From contig OZ320313.1 of assembly GCA_976226885.1 (NCBI GenBank), forward strand, positions 157,728,001 to 157,792,000: a stretch of DNA of 64,000 nt, in the 5' to 3' direction. Each line of letters starts with the position of its first letter. Position 1 is the stretch's first letter. The DNA is from Iphione sp. A-MEVVRFRX5 (Eukaryota). Below the pieces are notes generated by a model. It worked only from the letters and a program-made list of their open reading frames with translations, made no database searches and was not told where the DNA came from. The position numbers and the translations under genes are program-made. This document shows positions 51,971 through 64,000 of this stretch, piece after piece.

Positions 51971-53060
51971 TTACCGAAGCTGGCGGTGGCTGTCGATATG
52001 AGCACATGGTCCGAATAGGCAGACGACAGCTTATGACCAGGTTTAATGAAATGTCGGTCGTAATGACAAAACTATTATTTGCGAAGCAATACATTCCGTG
52101 GAGCTGTCGTCCAACCGACAATCCATGTATTTTTTCCCTAATGGAAGGCGAATGCTGCACCATTTGAATTTATTGGCCGACCTGTCATTCTCCAAGCTGT
52201 TGTGCCGAACATAGGTTATGCGTGATTTGAAAGTTGCTGAGATGGATTTGAAAAAGTGAAGGTAGTTTGTACGATTATCAGTGTTGATCCATAGACCATG
52301 CCAGAAGAGTGGTCCAACTCGACCATTTTGTTATTTGTGCGTTCCGGCATAATACCGAGATGCAAGGAACGTAGGGCGAAGGTATTAGATACATGTAATT
52401 GTTTTTTTTCTATTGACACCAATGCATGTATATTGTATTGCTAAAGTTGTGAAATATCTTGGTACTTTTGCCCAAGCCACTAGGGCACAAGTGTACATAA
52501 AGGCCGGCTACCATAAATATAACATACTTGTACTATGTCAGTACATGTACTTGGACCCTCATCTACCTGTACGGACATTCACCTTTGGCTAACGGGCTTG
52601 CTAAAAGAACCCCATATGGTGCACAGACAAACACATGCTACACTGTTAATATGACCCATATCAATGTAGCTCCTCCTCCATTCACCCATGTGACCACAGG
52701 TTGTTTCTTTCCTCACTGGCTTGGGTACAGGGAGAAGGTTGGTTTTCTCCAGTTACTTCCTTCAGTCGTTCTGGCATTCTGTTCAGGAAAAGACTCCTTT
52801 AGTGTGCAAAAAAGAGATTCCTTCAGGTATAAAAACCAATCGTAGATGTTAGTGTTACAGCTGACTGTCAGACCGCTAAGGACTGTCTTGCTAGGTATAG
52901 CCAGAAGACATAAGGGCACCGTCAGTTAAATTAGGTTATACTCAGCTGCCTACACTTACAAAACCAAAGCTCTGCGTACCTGACATCTTGTATGGATGAT
53001 TATGAGCGGCCAGTAATCAGGCAAACCCTCATATCAAAAGCAGTTTCTTCAGTTCTGATC

Positions 53061-53124
53061 GAGCTGACTATTCAATTCAATTCAAACTACATGAGCTGAC
53101 TATTCAATTCAATTCAAACTACAT
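53061..53124. repeat. Exact tandem duplication, 2 x 32 bp, containing TTCAA repeats
   Basis: GAGCTGACTATTCAATTCAATTCAAACTACAT at 53061-53092 and 53093-53124. Confidence 0.95.
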
Positions 53125-53628
53125 GTGGAATTAAGCTCCACAGCCAAATGTCGCAAGAAGCCAGTTTGCTTTTTCAGGTGGTAGGATTGTACTCAGTTCA
53201 GGTAGCCTAATCCCTCGTCACTTTGTGTTATGCTGTATTGGGATTCCCACTATATCCGAGAATAAACAACTGGAAGGACCGCAGTTTACCCTGTATATAT
53301 CGTTTCTTTTAAGGAGGGTCACGCAATCTAACATAACCTTACGGTCGCACCTCCCACCAACCTCTAACCAAAGAAGAATGCCATCTTTCTTGTCAAAGAT
53401 AAAACTAGTTCTACTAGCCAGGGGACATTTCCTTATATAGCCGAGCAGTACTGAGCAGGTCAGGTCAAGCTTTCTGGTATTCATCGGGAATGCCGAATTA
53501 AATGTACAAAGTCCGAGTTCTATACGTGAAATCCATGGGTGAGATGCCTTCTTTGGAGTGAGCAGAGAACATATGATTTATAGTTTTACATCTACCTATT
53601 TTCCCAAATGATAACGCTGATCCCGTTT

Positions 53629-53938
53629 NNNNNNNNNNNNNNNNNNNNNNNNNNNNNNNNNNNNNNNNNNNNNNNNNNNNNNNNNNNNNNNNNNNNNNNN
53701 NNNNNNNNNNNNNNNNNNNNNNNNNNNNNNNNNNNNNNNNNNNNNNNNNNNNNNNNNNNNNNNNNNNNNNNNNNNNNNNNNNNNNNNNNNNNNNNNNNNN
53801 NNNNNNNNNNNNNNNNNNNNNNNNNNNNNNNNNNNNNNNNNNNNNNNNNNNNNNNNNNNNNNNNNNNNNNNNNNNNNNNNNNNNNNNNNNNNNNNNNNNN
53901 NNNNNNNNNNNNNNNNNNNNNNNNNNNNNNNNNNNNNN
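53629..53938. other. Assembly gap (310 N)
   Basis: Run of N. Confidence 0.99.
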
Positions 53939-56900
53939 AGTAACAAGAGTCGAACGGATAATGGTGTTCCTCGCAGTGCATTATTACGATGATGAGTTCC
54001 CCGAGGTGCACTTCCTCCTCATACTACCGAGGCATCCGCCCTGCCAATCCATTACAGAGTGAGGTCCTGTCGGACAGACCTTTGCCACACGCTGATGACC
54101 TGAGGGGCCTCCTCGCCAACCGCTCAGACTCTGAAGTCGTCCCATGCTAAACTACAATACCTGCCCATCCTCAAGGCGGGAATTTCTGGTCATCTTAAAA
54201 GCTGCACCTAACGCCCCCCGCCCGCACTCTCCGCACCACCAACTGAAGTACGAGGAGTAGCCCGCCAGGCTAATGGACAATAGCAGGTCTAAGGGAGCTG
54301 CTCCAGACTAGGCCTGTCAACATGAGATGCTCCTTAGGGGACACTTCGTATAAGGGGGGAAACACATACAACATTTTTGTGGCTTTATTAGTGGATTCGT
54401 TCCGTGCACCCGCTGGCTTAAGATTGCTGCCGCCACCCCATCCCTCTCGAGGCATCTCCCCTAGCTGCCTCCCATGGACCATCTACCCCCCCTCTGTCTC
54501 TCTCATATACCCGCGTTACAAGTGGTAGTGGCTTATGTTTCGTCCTCTGTCTCCATCCACCCATCCCGCCCCGTCCCTCCTTCCAATATCCTTCCCAATC
54601 AAGATATTCCCAAGATGGATGCCGTTACTATGTAGGTCAGTCAGCAATGACATTAGGAGGGCAACAGAAGCTTTCCCCAGCGGCCACGTCTCTATTCGAC
54701 CGCGTGCTAATGGCCACTGATAAGTCCTGTCCGCCCAAAACCATGTTTAATTTCCATAGAGGCCCCCCAAAAAAGCATACATCCTGGGCTGCTAAGGCAC
54801 ACTTGGTCGTCACTGGCCAGTCTCAGACCAGTGGATGCGCAAAGTCAGGTTATGACTCATTGAGCTCATCATTTGCCCTAGAGCAGCACGACCTGAGTTC
54901 AAATTATACCGGGCAATTCTGGATGAGCTGCTCTGTATACATATGGATGTCGGTGGGAGCTGCTCCGAGCTTCTCGAGACGACCGCGGCCGCTTCGATTA
55001 AAGGAGACACGTGACGGTGTCAATGACGGCCGGACCGTGTGCTGAAATCTAGTCACGCCGGCGCCTTCTTTTGGCGCTTCTGTCTGCAAGATTGTGTTTG
55101 CCCCCCCTCCCCCAAAGGCCGGCAGTCCGTCTAGCATATCGGCCACCATTATTGTCCACCGACCGTCTGACTCCCGGTAGCCACCGCAGACCAATAAAAA
55201 AAGAAAGCCGGCTTTGGAGTTATGCGCGCCGTCATCAGCAAAGAAGACTTAAATACTCCGAGCAGGTCCGTGACAATTAAATACTGTGTGCGGCTGGCTG
55301 TCACCTAATACCCACTCGTGCAACACAATGCCCTCCTTTTTCCAACCTTCTCTGGCCACCCAACAGGACGCTTTGTTTGAGTTGGATCCCCATGACTTAA
55401 GTGTCATCTCCACATAAGGGCCAGGACGTGCGAGTTACCCAATACCGCCATGCATTTACATCCGACATAATTAAAAGCCACAGACATCCATCTCTTAAGC
55501 ATCAATACTCTTTGCTGAATATTTGCCAGACCAAAATATAAACCTTGTAATTCATTCGCCCTGCTTGTCCAAAGGTGCATGCAGTTGGGACAAAAAAAAG
55601 TGCGAATCACCCGGGCATTTTGATGCGTATACTTCAGGAGACATATCAGCATGCTCCCAAACTTGCGGCGAGAGACTCGGGTGCCTCTCACGTGGGCGGT
55701 GCGCTTGTCGTGAGGGGCCTAGCCCTATTGGGCGGGTCTGCGTGTGGAACTATCAGCCGTCCGGCCCAGCTGTCCGGCGAAGGGCCGCCCCTCGCCCATC
55801 GGGCGCGTTGACAGCGGCCATTCAGCCCATCAAACAGGTGCACCTGTCAAGGAGCTCCCTCTTGTGAGGGGTACACCGGAACTGTGCTGGACAGATCCCA
55901 GCCAGACGTCTGTTCACGTTCGCCGTTTGAGCCACTGGGGGGCGTTTATCTTGGCGCCAACTACTTACCTTCCTCTACTTCTCACCGACAAGAATAAAAA
56001 TCTGAATAAATAAAAGCAACTACTCTCCCTAAGTTCCTTGCAAGTAGAGACCGCCAATAATCTCATTGACGTGCTTGTTACGCTGGAAACCCAGATATGT
56101 CTGAGTGCCGGGCAAACAGGAATAACGGCCGCAGATTATCTAGATATTTGAATCAGAAAAACAAATTAAAATTATAAATGTGGGTGTCCTATAACTATAT
56201 TCTATGACCTTAATTTCTTTACAAATGTTACCATGAGAGAACACACAAGTAAACTGCATAAAATCCCATTTTCCCCGATGATTTGCCATTGAAATAGACA
56301 AAGGTAACATTTTTGCTACCTTATATGAGTAGTTAGCCCTGATACTATATCAACTTTTCAAAAAAAAATCTTAATAAGCCAGTACATGTATAATTAAAAG
56401 GGAAAGCTGCTAAGGAAACAGAGGATTGGCGGTCAGGTAGACAGAATTCTGTAGACTGGGACGTACCCATTCGTTATAGCCTCCTGCTTAGATAACGCAT
56501 AAAAGGTAACGGACTGAGGAATCAGCCTTCCTGCTGCTCCGATAGAGTAACATTTACATCTTCAGAGGACTTGTTTTTAAAATGTGTTCACTGTCATTAT
56601 TGCGGTGTCGTTTTTTGAGACTGTAAGGTAGGATTACAACTAATTCCATTTCACGTTTGAAGGACTTGTGGGGAAAAACTACGTAATCAGAGTGGAAAAC
56701 TTTCACTTTTATGTTTTATACCACATACCATACTCAATCATTTCATGACCCTAACTGGAGCTGAGGGCTGGGAAGTCTACGGGAAATAGAGCATGAAGTA
56801 GCTTTCAGGTATTTTTCTATCAGTAAATCAGCGCTTCATCATATTCTGCCCCCAGTCTTGCCCATACTCTATCTAAAAAGATGCACTGAGGCAGTTCAAT

Positions 56901-59900
56901 CCATCAAAGTCATGGCATACTATACATGTATTTGCTTCTGTGCCGGGATCGTATAGCTTGGAAATGCAAATCTCCCGTCTGTCCTAAACCAAATCTCTTT
57001 CCCTATCATCTTCCAAACTTCCTCAGCCATACTGAACTCTACCCTGGATAAAGAAAGCCCATACGCAACTATGCTTCGGTCGTTTGCAGACAGGATGGCT
57101 TTCATGAGCGGCATCCATGACACATGACAGCCAACGAATGCAGCCTCTTTTCAGACGACTGGCCCTGGATATATATGGGAGGTCGGTGAAGATTGGCCGG
57201 TGGGCCGGGAAGATGGCTGACAGGGTTCGGAGCTGTTGCTTCTTGCTTATCGCGTCGCACTGAAGGCTTCATTTCCTCCAATGTGCGCATTTGCCGTCCT
57301 TAATCACGGACCACCGCGGCTATCTCTTCTAAGGACATAGCGGGCTCTTCCGTCCGACTATATGACCCGTACAGCGGCAAGCCACGAAGAGAATGAGGAG
57401 AGAGAGGCGGGGGATGTCTCAATGGTGAGAAAGAGAGATGGTGGGAGGAAAGAGAGGTTTTGATCTGATGAACTATTCATGAGATGGTCAACGGCTGACG
57501 TCGACCTCAATGCACAAGACGACGCCGACTTTAATAAATACGCGGTACAGAAACCCTGCTCGTGATAATAACCTAAGCTTGAAGTGGATAAATGTATATT
57601 GTACATGTATGATGGCGGCAGATTTCAGCAAATGTAAGGAATCATACCCGGTTCCTTGAACCGTACAAATAACCACCGTCACAATCACGTGCAGCTTCTT
57701 TTAGGTTTCCGTTCGACTCCAAGCTGGTGTTTACCTAGGGCCCCACAACTTAGCATTAAATCTGGTTCTGTCATTCAATACTGGTCAGGCTAGGCTCCGT
57801 TTTACATCCCTTTCTCCACACCTTCCTGTCAGAAGCTCAAACCAATTACTAGGGGCTTACTGGCGCAGATTACGGCTCCGGACCGGTATTTTCTGAACGT
57901 AGTGGCAATAAACAATCATCGGTTACTAATATTGCTGCATAGGGCAAGCCCTGAATGCTAGCCCACACTACGAAAGATAAAGTCTCCAGGACTAGTAGAC
58001 GCATCTTCTTGGAACTATCTTTTCTGCAATAGATTCCGTTTTTCCTCCGGCAAATAAGGATAAGGCTGGAGAGAAGGAATGGGGGGGGCGAAGCACTGAG
58101 AGCCACTGCGAGAGGCAGGATGGATGAGAAAGGAGGGAGAGGGGGGCAATGAACGAGCGAGGAGGGGCTGGCTAGAGGTCCAGCACAGGCAAGAGGCGCG
58201 ACTCCTGGGCCAGCCGCGCAGATCTCCAGCGGGCGCCGACCGATCATTAAACATTCAATATGGCCGGCTGTGAAAGCCGACGCCCGGCTGAATGGCTCGA
58301 GAAATAGCATAGCTCACCCTGCCGCTTCAGCCTACCCACCCACCCACCCATCCACCTCCCCCCCCCCCACCCACAGTCTTCCAATTGGGAACCCGGCGGG
58401 CGCTGAAGCATTATGCCACATTTTGAGAGAGGGGCGGAATGAAATGCTTCCTACCTATCTCGCGTTTCCGAGAGAATTTCTCCTTTTTATAGCCACTTCT
58501 AATCAGTCCTGAAATAAATCCATCGGTTGCTTTTTTTGTCGTTGCATACAGTGGATTGTTACTGGACATAATGTTGTTTCGTAATTCACAGTGGGTGTAA
58601 TACCATGAAATCTAATATAATATTCAGTTATACACTGTATCCATCTAAGCACTGGGTATGAAAAGTCATATCAATTGAACAAAAGGCATGGAGATTATCA
58701 GCAGCGCTGGACGGGAAGAGCTATTATCAGGAAAGAAAGGGTCGGGGAATTAGCTGTAAATGATGTATCATTGTCAAGTAAAGAGTTCCTATTGTTACCA
58801 GTGATGTGATAATGACATCGTCGTCAAAGCAGGTTTTTCTTTCGCCGAGTGGCTTCAACGATGCAAGAGTAGAAATACAAGCATCAGGCAATCAGGGGAA
58901 GCAACGCAAAAGGCTTCGAGATGGGAGTTATATACATGGACCTATAAAGAAGATGCCTCTCGGGCAGCCAATATAGAGTGTATTTATCGGCCTAACGAGG
59001 CGGGTATGGATACGAAAGGTCCAGTGACAGCGGCTCATCACTGAAAGCTGAGCCGCCACAGCTGAGCAATGATCAAAGCTTAGATGCACCGTTATCCTAG
59101 GGGAGGAGGGGGAGGAGGGGGGAGGTTCATGGCAATGTAAACACATGTAGTTAGACACCGACTATTAGTGAGTGTGTTTGGATGGGTACCCCCGAGGTGT
59201 ACCCAATGGCCCCACACGTGCATTGTGTGGGCACTTGATGATGGTGGGGGGGCGGATGGCATGAGGGAGTGGGGCCATCCACAGCATAACTCGTTCACTA
59301 CCCCAAGGAACATGGAGCGCCGGTAGGAATGCAAACCAAATTCTATATTTGCCATTCACTGTAAGCACTTTACCTGTAATACCCTGGATAAGTGAATAAA
59401 CCATTGTTTATTAATAATTATCAATAATCAGTATTAATAATAATCATTATCGTTCGTCAGCGGTCCTGGCGGTGACCATGCGCCAACTGGCAGCCTGTTG
59501 GTGCACTGGTGCAGTGCGGCTGGTTGGATGATAACGGTATCCACCCCCCCCCCCACCTTCCTCCCTCCGCAGCTCCAACTTACACTTCCTGCTGTCATTG
59601 TTACGTCTCGGATTACCGAACCAATCACACGACCAGCAGCACATGTACGTCTTGTTACAATGCAAAGAAGGGAGAGAGAGGTGTAACTGAAGCCCGGCGC
59701 CCGCCGTCCCGCTGCTATGACTGATTATGCCGCAGACTGAATTAATTACCTCGACAGTCTAGCGCCCGGCCAGTCAGCCCTTCCTCCCGCAGACTCGACA
59801 GCCCATCGCCAGACTGGTTAGCGGCGGGGGTGGATGGGCGCGCGGGGGGTGGGGGGATGGCGGAATGTCCTTTCTTGCTTTCTAAGTGTCGCCCGAAAAT

Positions 59901-60678
59901 GCCACGCTATGTTTGCTCTGATTTGATTAGCCCGAGGAAAACTTCCGATTTCCTGTGCTACTCACATGGACCCGCCCAGACAGGCAGGCAGGCGGGCAGG
60001 CAGTGAACGCGAGCGGCTGCCAGTGCATGGCTGGTCTTCATCAGGTGGCCAAGGCCGTCCCGCCGTGAGAAGGGCATGGTGATGAATGGAGCAATCTGCA
60101 TAACAATTTACGCCGGGGGGAGGGAACTACGTGTTACAAGCGTGCCGCAAGCGAGCGATGGAAGTTCCAAGTGATGACAATAGTTGAAATGTCCGTCGCA
60201 TCCCTCCGTAGTCATTAAGCTGGGCCTGTAATTTGTTAAGAATATCATCAATTCACTGCCGTCGGCGTCTTTGATGATTCCTTTTATTTGGCTGTCGTCA
60301 AAAGATGTTTATCAAATTAAGGCTTTGTTCTGGAAGACGAAACCCGATAAGGTGGACTCCGGTTTCCCTGTCTCTCGAATTGCACCAACCTGATATCTGT
60401 TTTAACTAGAAAACCTACTGGATGACGACGGAGCTGAAATATTAAAGTAAACAAATTGTATCTCATTGTTCAGTGATGGCAGTTCTCGCTGCTCTGCAAA
60501 AAATGCCCCGTTGCCTCGAAATGAGAAGCGATTGTGTAGCGGTCACTGAATCCTGCTCCGTTAGGGAATGGCTGAAGTTAGGTGGTTGCTGAGATGGGAG
60601 GACTACCAGACTGAGCGTCATTAATATCACTCCTCTCTCCACGCTCCTCGTCTGTCTGACACCTGCCTTCTTCAGTAG

Positions 60679-60877
60679 GCAGATTCCTGCTCATCTTGTC
60701 CGGGGGACATCAGCGAGGCTACTGGCTGCCAGCCCGGGCTCCACGCATCTCGCAGTCTTTTATCTTGCCAGACTAGAAGAAGCGACGAGTCAATCGATCT
60801 TCTTGACACCAAGGACAAGTACAGCGTAGGGAGCAATCCATCACGGGCGGCCAAACTGGAAACATTATACTCCCCGT
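60679..60877 (+). CDS. Candidate internal exon with NAGNAG acceptor, unknown product
   Basis: CTGAC branch-like motif, pyrimidine tract, tandem acceptor TTCAG-TAG|, 199 nt open in frame (ADSCSSCPGDISEATG...DLLDTKDKYSVGSNPSRAAKLETLYSP), donor T|GTGAGT at 60878. Confidence 0.3.
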
Positions 60878-63800
60878 GTGAGTGAATACATATGTGGGAA
60901 TATCACTAGAAACCGAACGTCCACCCTCCTGCCCCCCCACCTCCCCGCCGGCAACTTATCATTTCAAAGCGGTTCAACAGAAGTGTCCAAGCATAGTGAG
61001 GGAACGATCGTACAAGATTCCAACTAGCATCTGCACTGCTTGAACGGTAAACTAAAACAGGTAGGAACTTGTCCAGAAGTTAATAAAGGAGATTATTAAA
61101 CCTGTAAATACATCTAACATATTGCTGTACCTATCGCAAAAAAAAACATGTAGCCTGTGATGGGAACGACTTGTAGAGGATGTCACGCGAGATGGCTAAA
61201 AATAGCTCCGTCTGCTTTGTGTTTCATCTCAGCAATATAGGTCAAATGACAGGCGTTTCCAAGCGCCGTCCAATCACGGCTGGATGTCGAGACGTAAGGA
61301 GATGAGTCCCGAGTTGAAGGAGCTGCTCCAATATGCTCCCCTGAGACACAGAGGCGAGCTGTTCCGAGCATCCAGGCGTTAGCGCCTTCGCTACTCAGCC
61401 TTGGGACACGCTTCACTATTAAACATCCTGCTTCTCCCACATCGTCCGCATGAGAAAACATAGGGAGGTGTTCGCTTGCAGCCAATACGAAATAAAAGGA
61501 AGAGTAGCGGGAAATCTGTGCTTAATCAACTGGTAGCAATACTACAGTCTGAAGGTGCATCACATTCTGAAGTCAGGTCAGCCTGAAGATATTCTCACTT
61601 AATTGCAAAAGGGGGGCGGGAGGGGCTAAATGGAGATGTTTCAAGAAGCAACTATGTTAACCAGTTTATACAGAACGGTTACACAGACAATGTTCTGGGG
61701 AGTTTTCTTCCTGTTAATTTGATACGCAAATCCAACAACTCTGAGTGCTCTGATTAAAAGTCGCGGGGAGGGAGGCCATTTTTAATCAAAACCTCTCGTG
61801 TCAGAGGAGGGTTAAGCCTGGGCAGCAGGGGAGGAGAAGCTGGCACGTGCGTGGCGTGTCTGGGCCGGTGGAAGGATCAGGCGTGCACGCGGGACGCCGC
61901 ATACCTCAACGCTGAAGCGCCTGCCACAAAACAGTCGTGGCATTACAGGAAAATGAGACTGGATTTGGGAGTTAAGCAAGACGACAGGGGTGCCGCTGGA
62001 GAGCACCGAGTACTGCGCACTAGTGCAGGTCAACAAACATTGATTTAAAATAAAACGCAATGCAATGCTTACAATATCATTCCGCAAGGACAGCGCGCGG
62101 AGATCAAAGCAAACTTGTTCCCGGATGGCACTTGCAAGGTTAGAGATGGGGAAATGCGGACGGGAGGGGGTGGTGGGGGGTTGTGAGAAGCGCCGCGTGG
62201 GAAGGAGCGAGGTCATTCCGGGGGATCTTTGAACACATTGATTGGATCAGGCGGGACCTTTCGGATCACCCTCGCATCACCTTCACCTCCAGCGGGTTTC
62301 CCTGTCGGCCGCCCAGGGAACCATCCTGGATCTGATCATGGCTCCCGAAGCTCATCCATCACGAACGTGACGGTGAGGGATCAATACTTCCTCAGCCTCC
62401 CGCTTGACTCCCTATCTCCTACAGTTGGCCCCTCCTTCTATGTGGCCACTGCCTACGAGTTCCGCAGACACACCCGGGAAGAGTGTCGGCGCTTTTCGAT
62501 AAAGAGCTCCGGGATCAACGTCTCATCACGAAAAGGCCCTCTCACTCTCTCCTGTGTCCGTGCACGCGAGCACGCCTCTCCACCCCATCCTTCCCCCTCC
62601 CCCCCCCAAACGTTTTCTCACCTCTTCGAGGAAGGCTTGAAAGGAGCACAGACTCGGCCCTTTCAAGTCGGGCGCCTGAACAGGTCTGTTGAGGAGCAAG
62701 CGCAACTGTCGCCGGCTTTGTTCACTGGCTGCCACCGAGACACGAGCCATTGTATCCACGAAAAGCAGATCGAAAACTAAGATTTGTTGAGTGTTCGAGC
62801 TTCTACTCGTACTTCCAGAATTACATTCCCACGACTGGAGTTTAATTTCCACGTGCCGGTGCACGTGTATTCACTGCCTATCCGTGCAGATGTCTGTGCA
62901 GAAATCAGAGCAAACATGGGCAGATGCAGGCCAATGCAATCTGCTTTTATGATAGCAGATAAGCCTGTAAGCAGAGAATGTATGTACATGTACATGTCTG
63001 TATACATGTATGTAATTGAATGTGGAAATGAATGCAATCTGTGTGTAGTGGGTCTCATTTGTGCAAATGTCTCTGAAAATGAGGTGGATCTGTGTAAAGT
63101 GTGTCTTTTTTATGTAAATGTCCCTGAAAAATGAGTCGCTGCAAATCCCTCTTTTGTGTACTTCTTTCCCAGACACAGATCCGAGCCCTGTGAAATTGGG
63201 ACATCTGAATCTGAAAGACAGATCCATGAACGGGTACACGGAAACACTGCAGTGATTATGAACAGAGGCCCCAAAACGTGAGCATAAAACACAGACAACA
63301 AACACGGGCTACACGGAAATCCATATACAATGTTAGTGATGGGTTCTCAACAACGGCTTCACTTCTCAATGCTACAAAAGCAACCCGAGCCCCAACTTCC
63401 TCCAACCCGCCCACCCACTTACACCCCCCCTCCATTTCAAACAAAAAAGAGTAATGGCGCTGACAAGCCGACGAATGGCCAGCTCAAGGATTAACGCCGA
63501 ACAGCGGACGTCGACGACAGCGCGCGCGGCAGGGACGTTTGTCGCAGTCAGTAGAAGGGACGTTACCGCGGCGTTAGTCAACGTTTCGACAAGCCGTATT
63601 TCTTGCGGGAGGCTCGTTCCGCATGCAAAATGCAGCAGCCTTTGTGGGTTGCGCTGTTCAATAAGGGCGCGGGCCCTCCGCGTCTGGCAAACTTTGATCA
63701 GGTCTGCTCGCCGCACCGTGAACCTCGGTAATTGCCTCCTCACGGAGTGTCTCCGGGACAATGAGATACGGTTCATCATAGCTTACAGATAACGACGAAT

Positions 63801-64000
63801 GCGAGAGCGGGACGCAATGTTAAACATTTGATCATTCATTTTAAAAAACACACACGCAGAGACGACTATGCGGAGAACGTTCCGGCTGTTCAGTTCCCCG
63901 CGACCACCCGTTATTGGGGCAATGCGACATGCAGGCTGTGCCACGTCAGTCTCAAGCGCAAGTCAAACTCCTTCTTTAAAAGTACTTAAACTGGATTTTT

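Noticed and set aside
56920-57123. 67-aa minus ORF with a globular-looking composition (SWMPLMKAILSANDRSIVAYGLSLSRVEF..)
   Set aside because: Short, non-ATG start, no convincing splice sites, no recognisable homology.
62860-63300. Possible second MITE (imperfect inverted similarity TCACTGC..TCCGTG / CACGGA..GCAGTGA; repeated AAATGTCYCTGAAAATGAG)
   Set aside because: Inverted match too short and gapped, no TSD; at most an old repeat fragment.
1-64000. CRISPR arrays, rRNA/tRNA genes, operons, prophage or giant-virus gene clusters, paired LTRs, telomeric arrays
   Set aside because: None seen: no regularly spaced repeat-spacer units, no dense ORF packing, no viral hallmark motifs, and no long dispersed direct repeats noticed by eye (a self dot-plot would be the decisive check).

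Overview
This is eukaryotic, mostly non-coding draft-assembly sequence. It has three N gaps, many microsatellites and poly-G/poly-C tracts, and spliceosomal-type GT..AG signals. I found no operons, rRNA, tRNA or CRISPR arrays. The taxon cannot be fixed from sequence alone; the recurrent TACATGTA/AACGTTA words and G-tracts suggest a large invertebrate or algal genome, which is only an impression. One coding region is well supported: a GC-rich 3.4-kb minus-strand ORF (35078-31632) encoding a ~1100-aa, largely low-complexity (probably disordered) protein with no domain I recognise. It has an MGxxxS N-terminus, a degenerate S/T/D repeat block, clustered RRxS motifs and a duplicated WGSxFKE motif. 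An internal 36-nt duplication differing only at third codon positions supports this frame being translated. A short intron near its 3' end probably changes the C-terminus. The rest contains a ~300-bp MITE-like inverted-repeat element, two exact tandem duplications, two short hairpins and several isolated candidate exons that I could not join into a recognisable gene. I cannot support a claim of a new multi-gene system here; the large orphan-looking ORF is the best lead. Nearly all other ORFs in the supplied track look like chance, shadow or repeat-derived frames.
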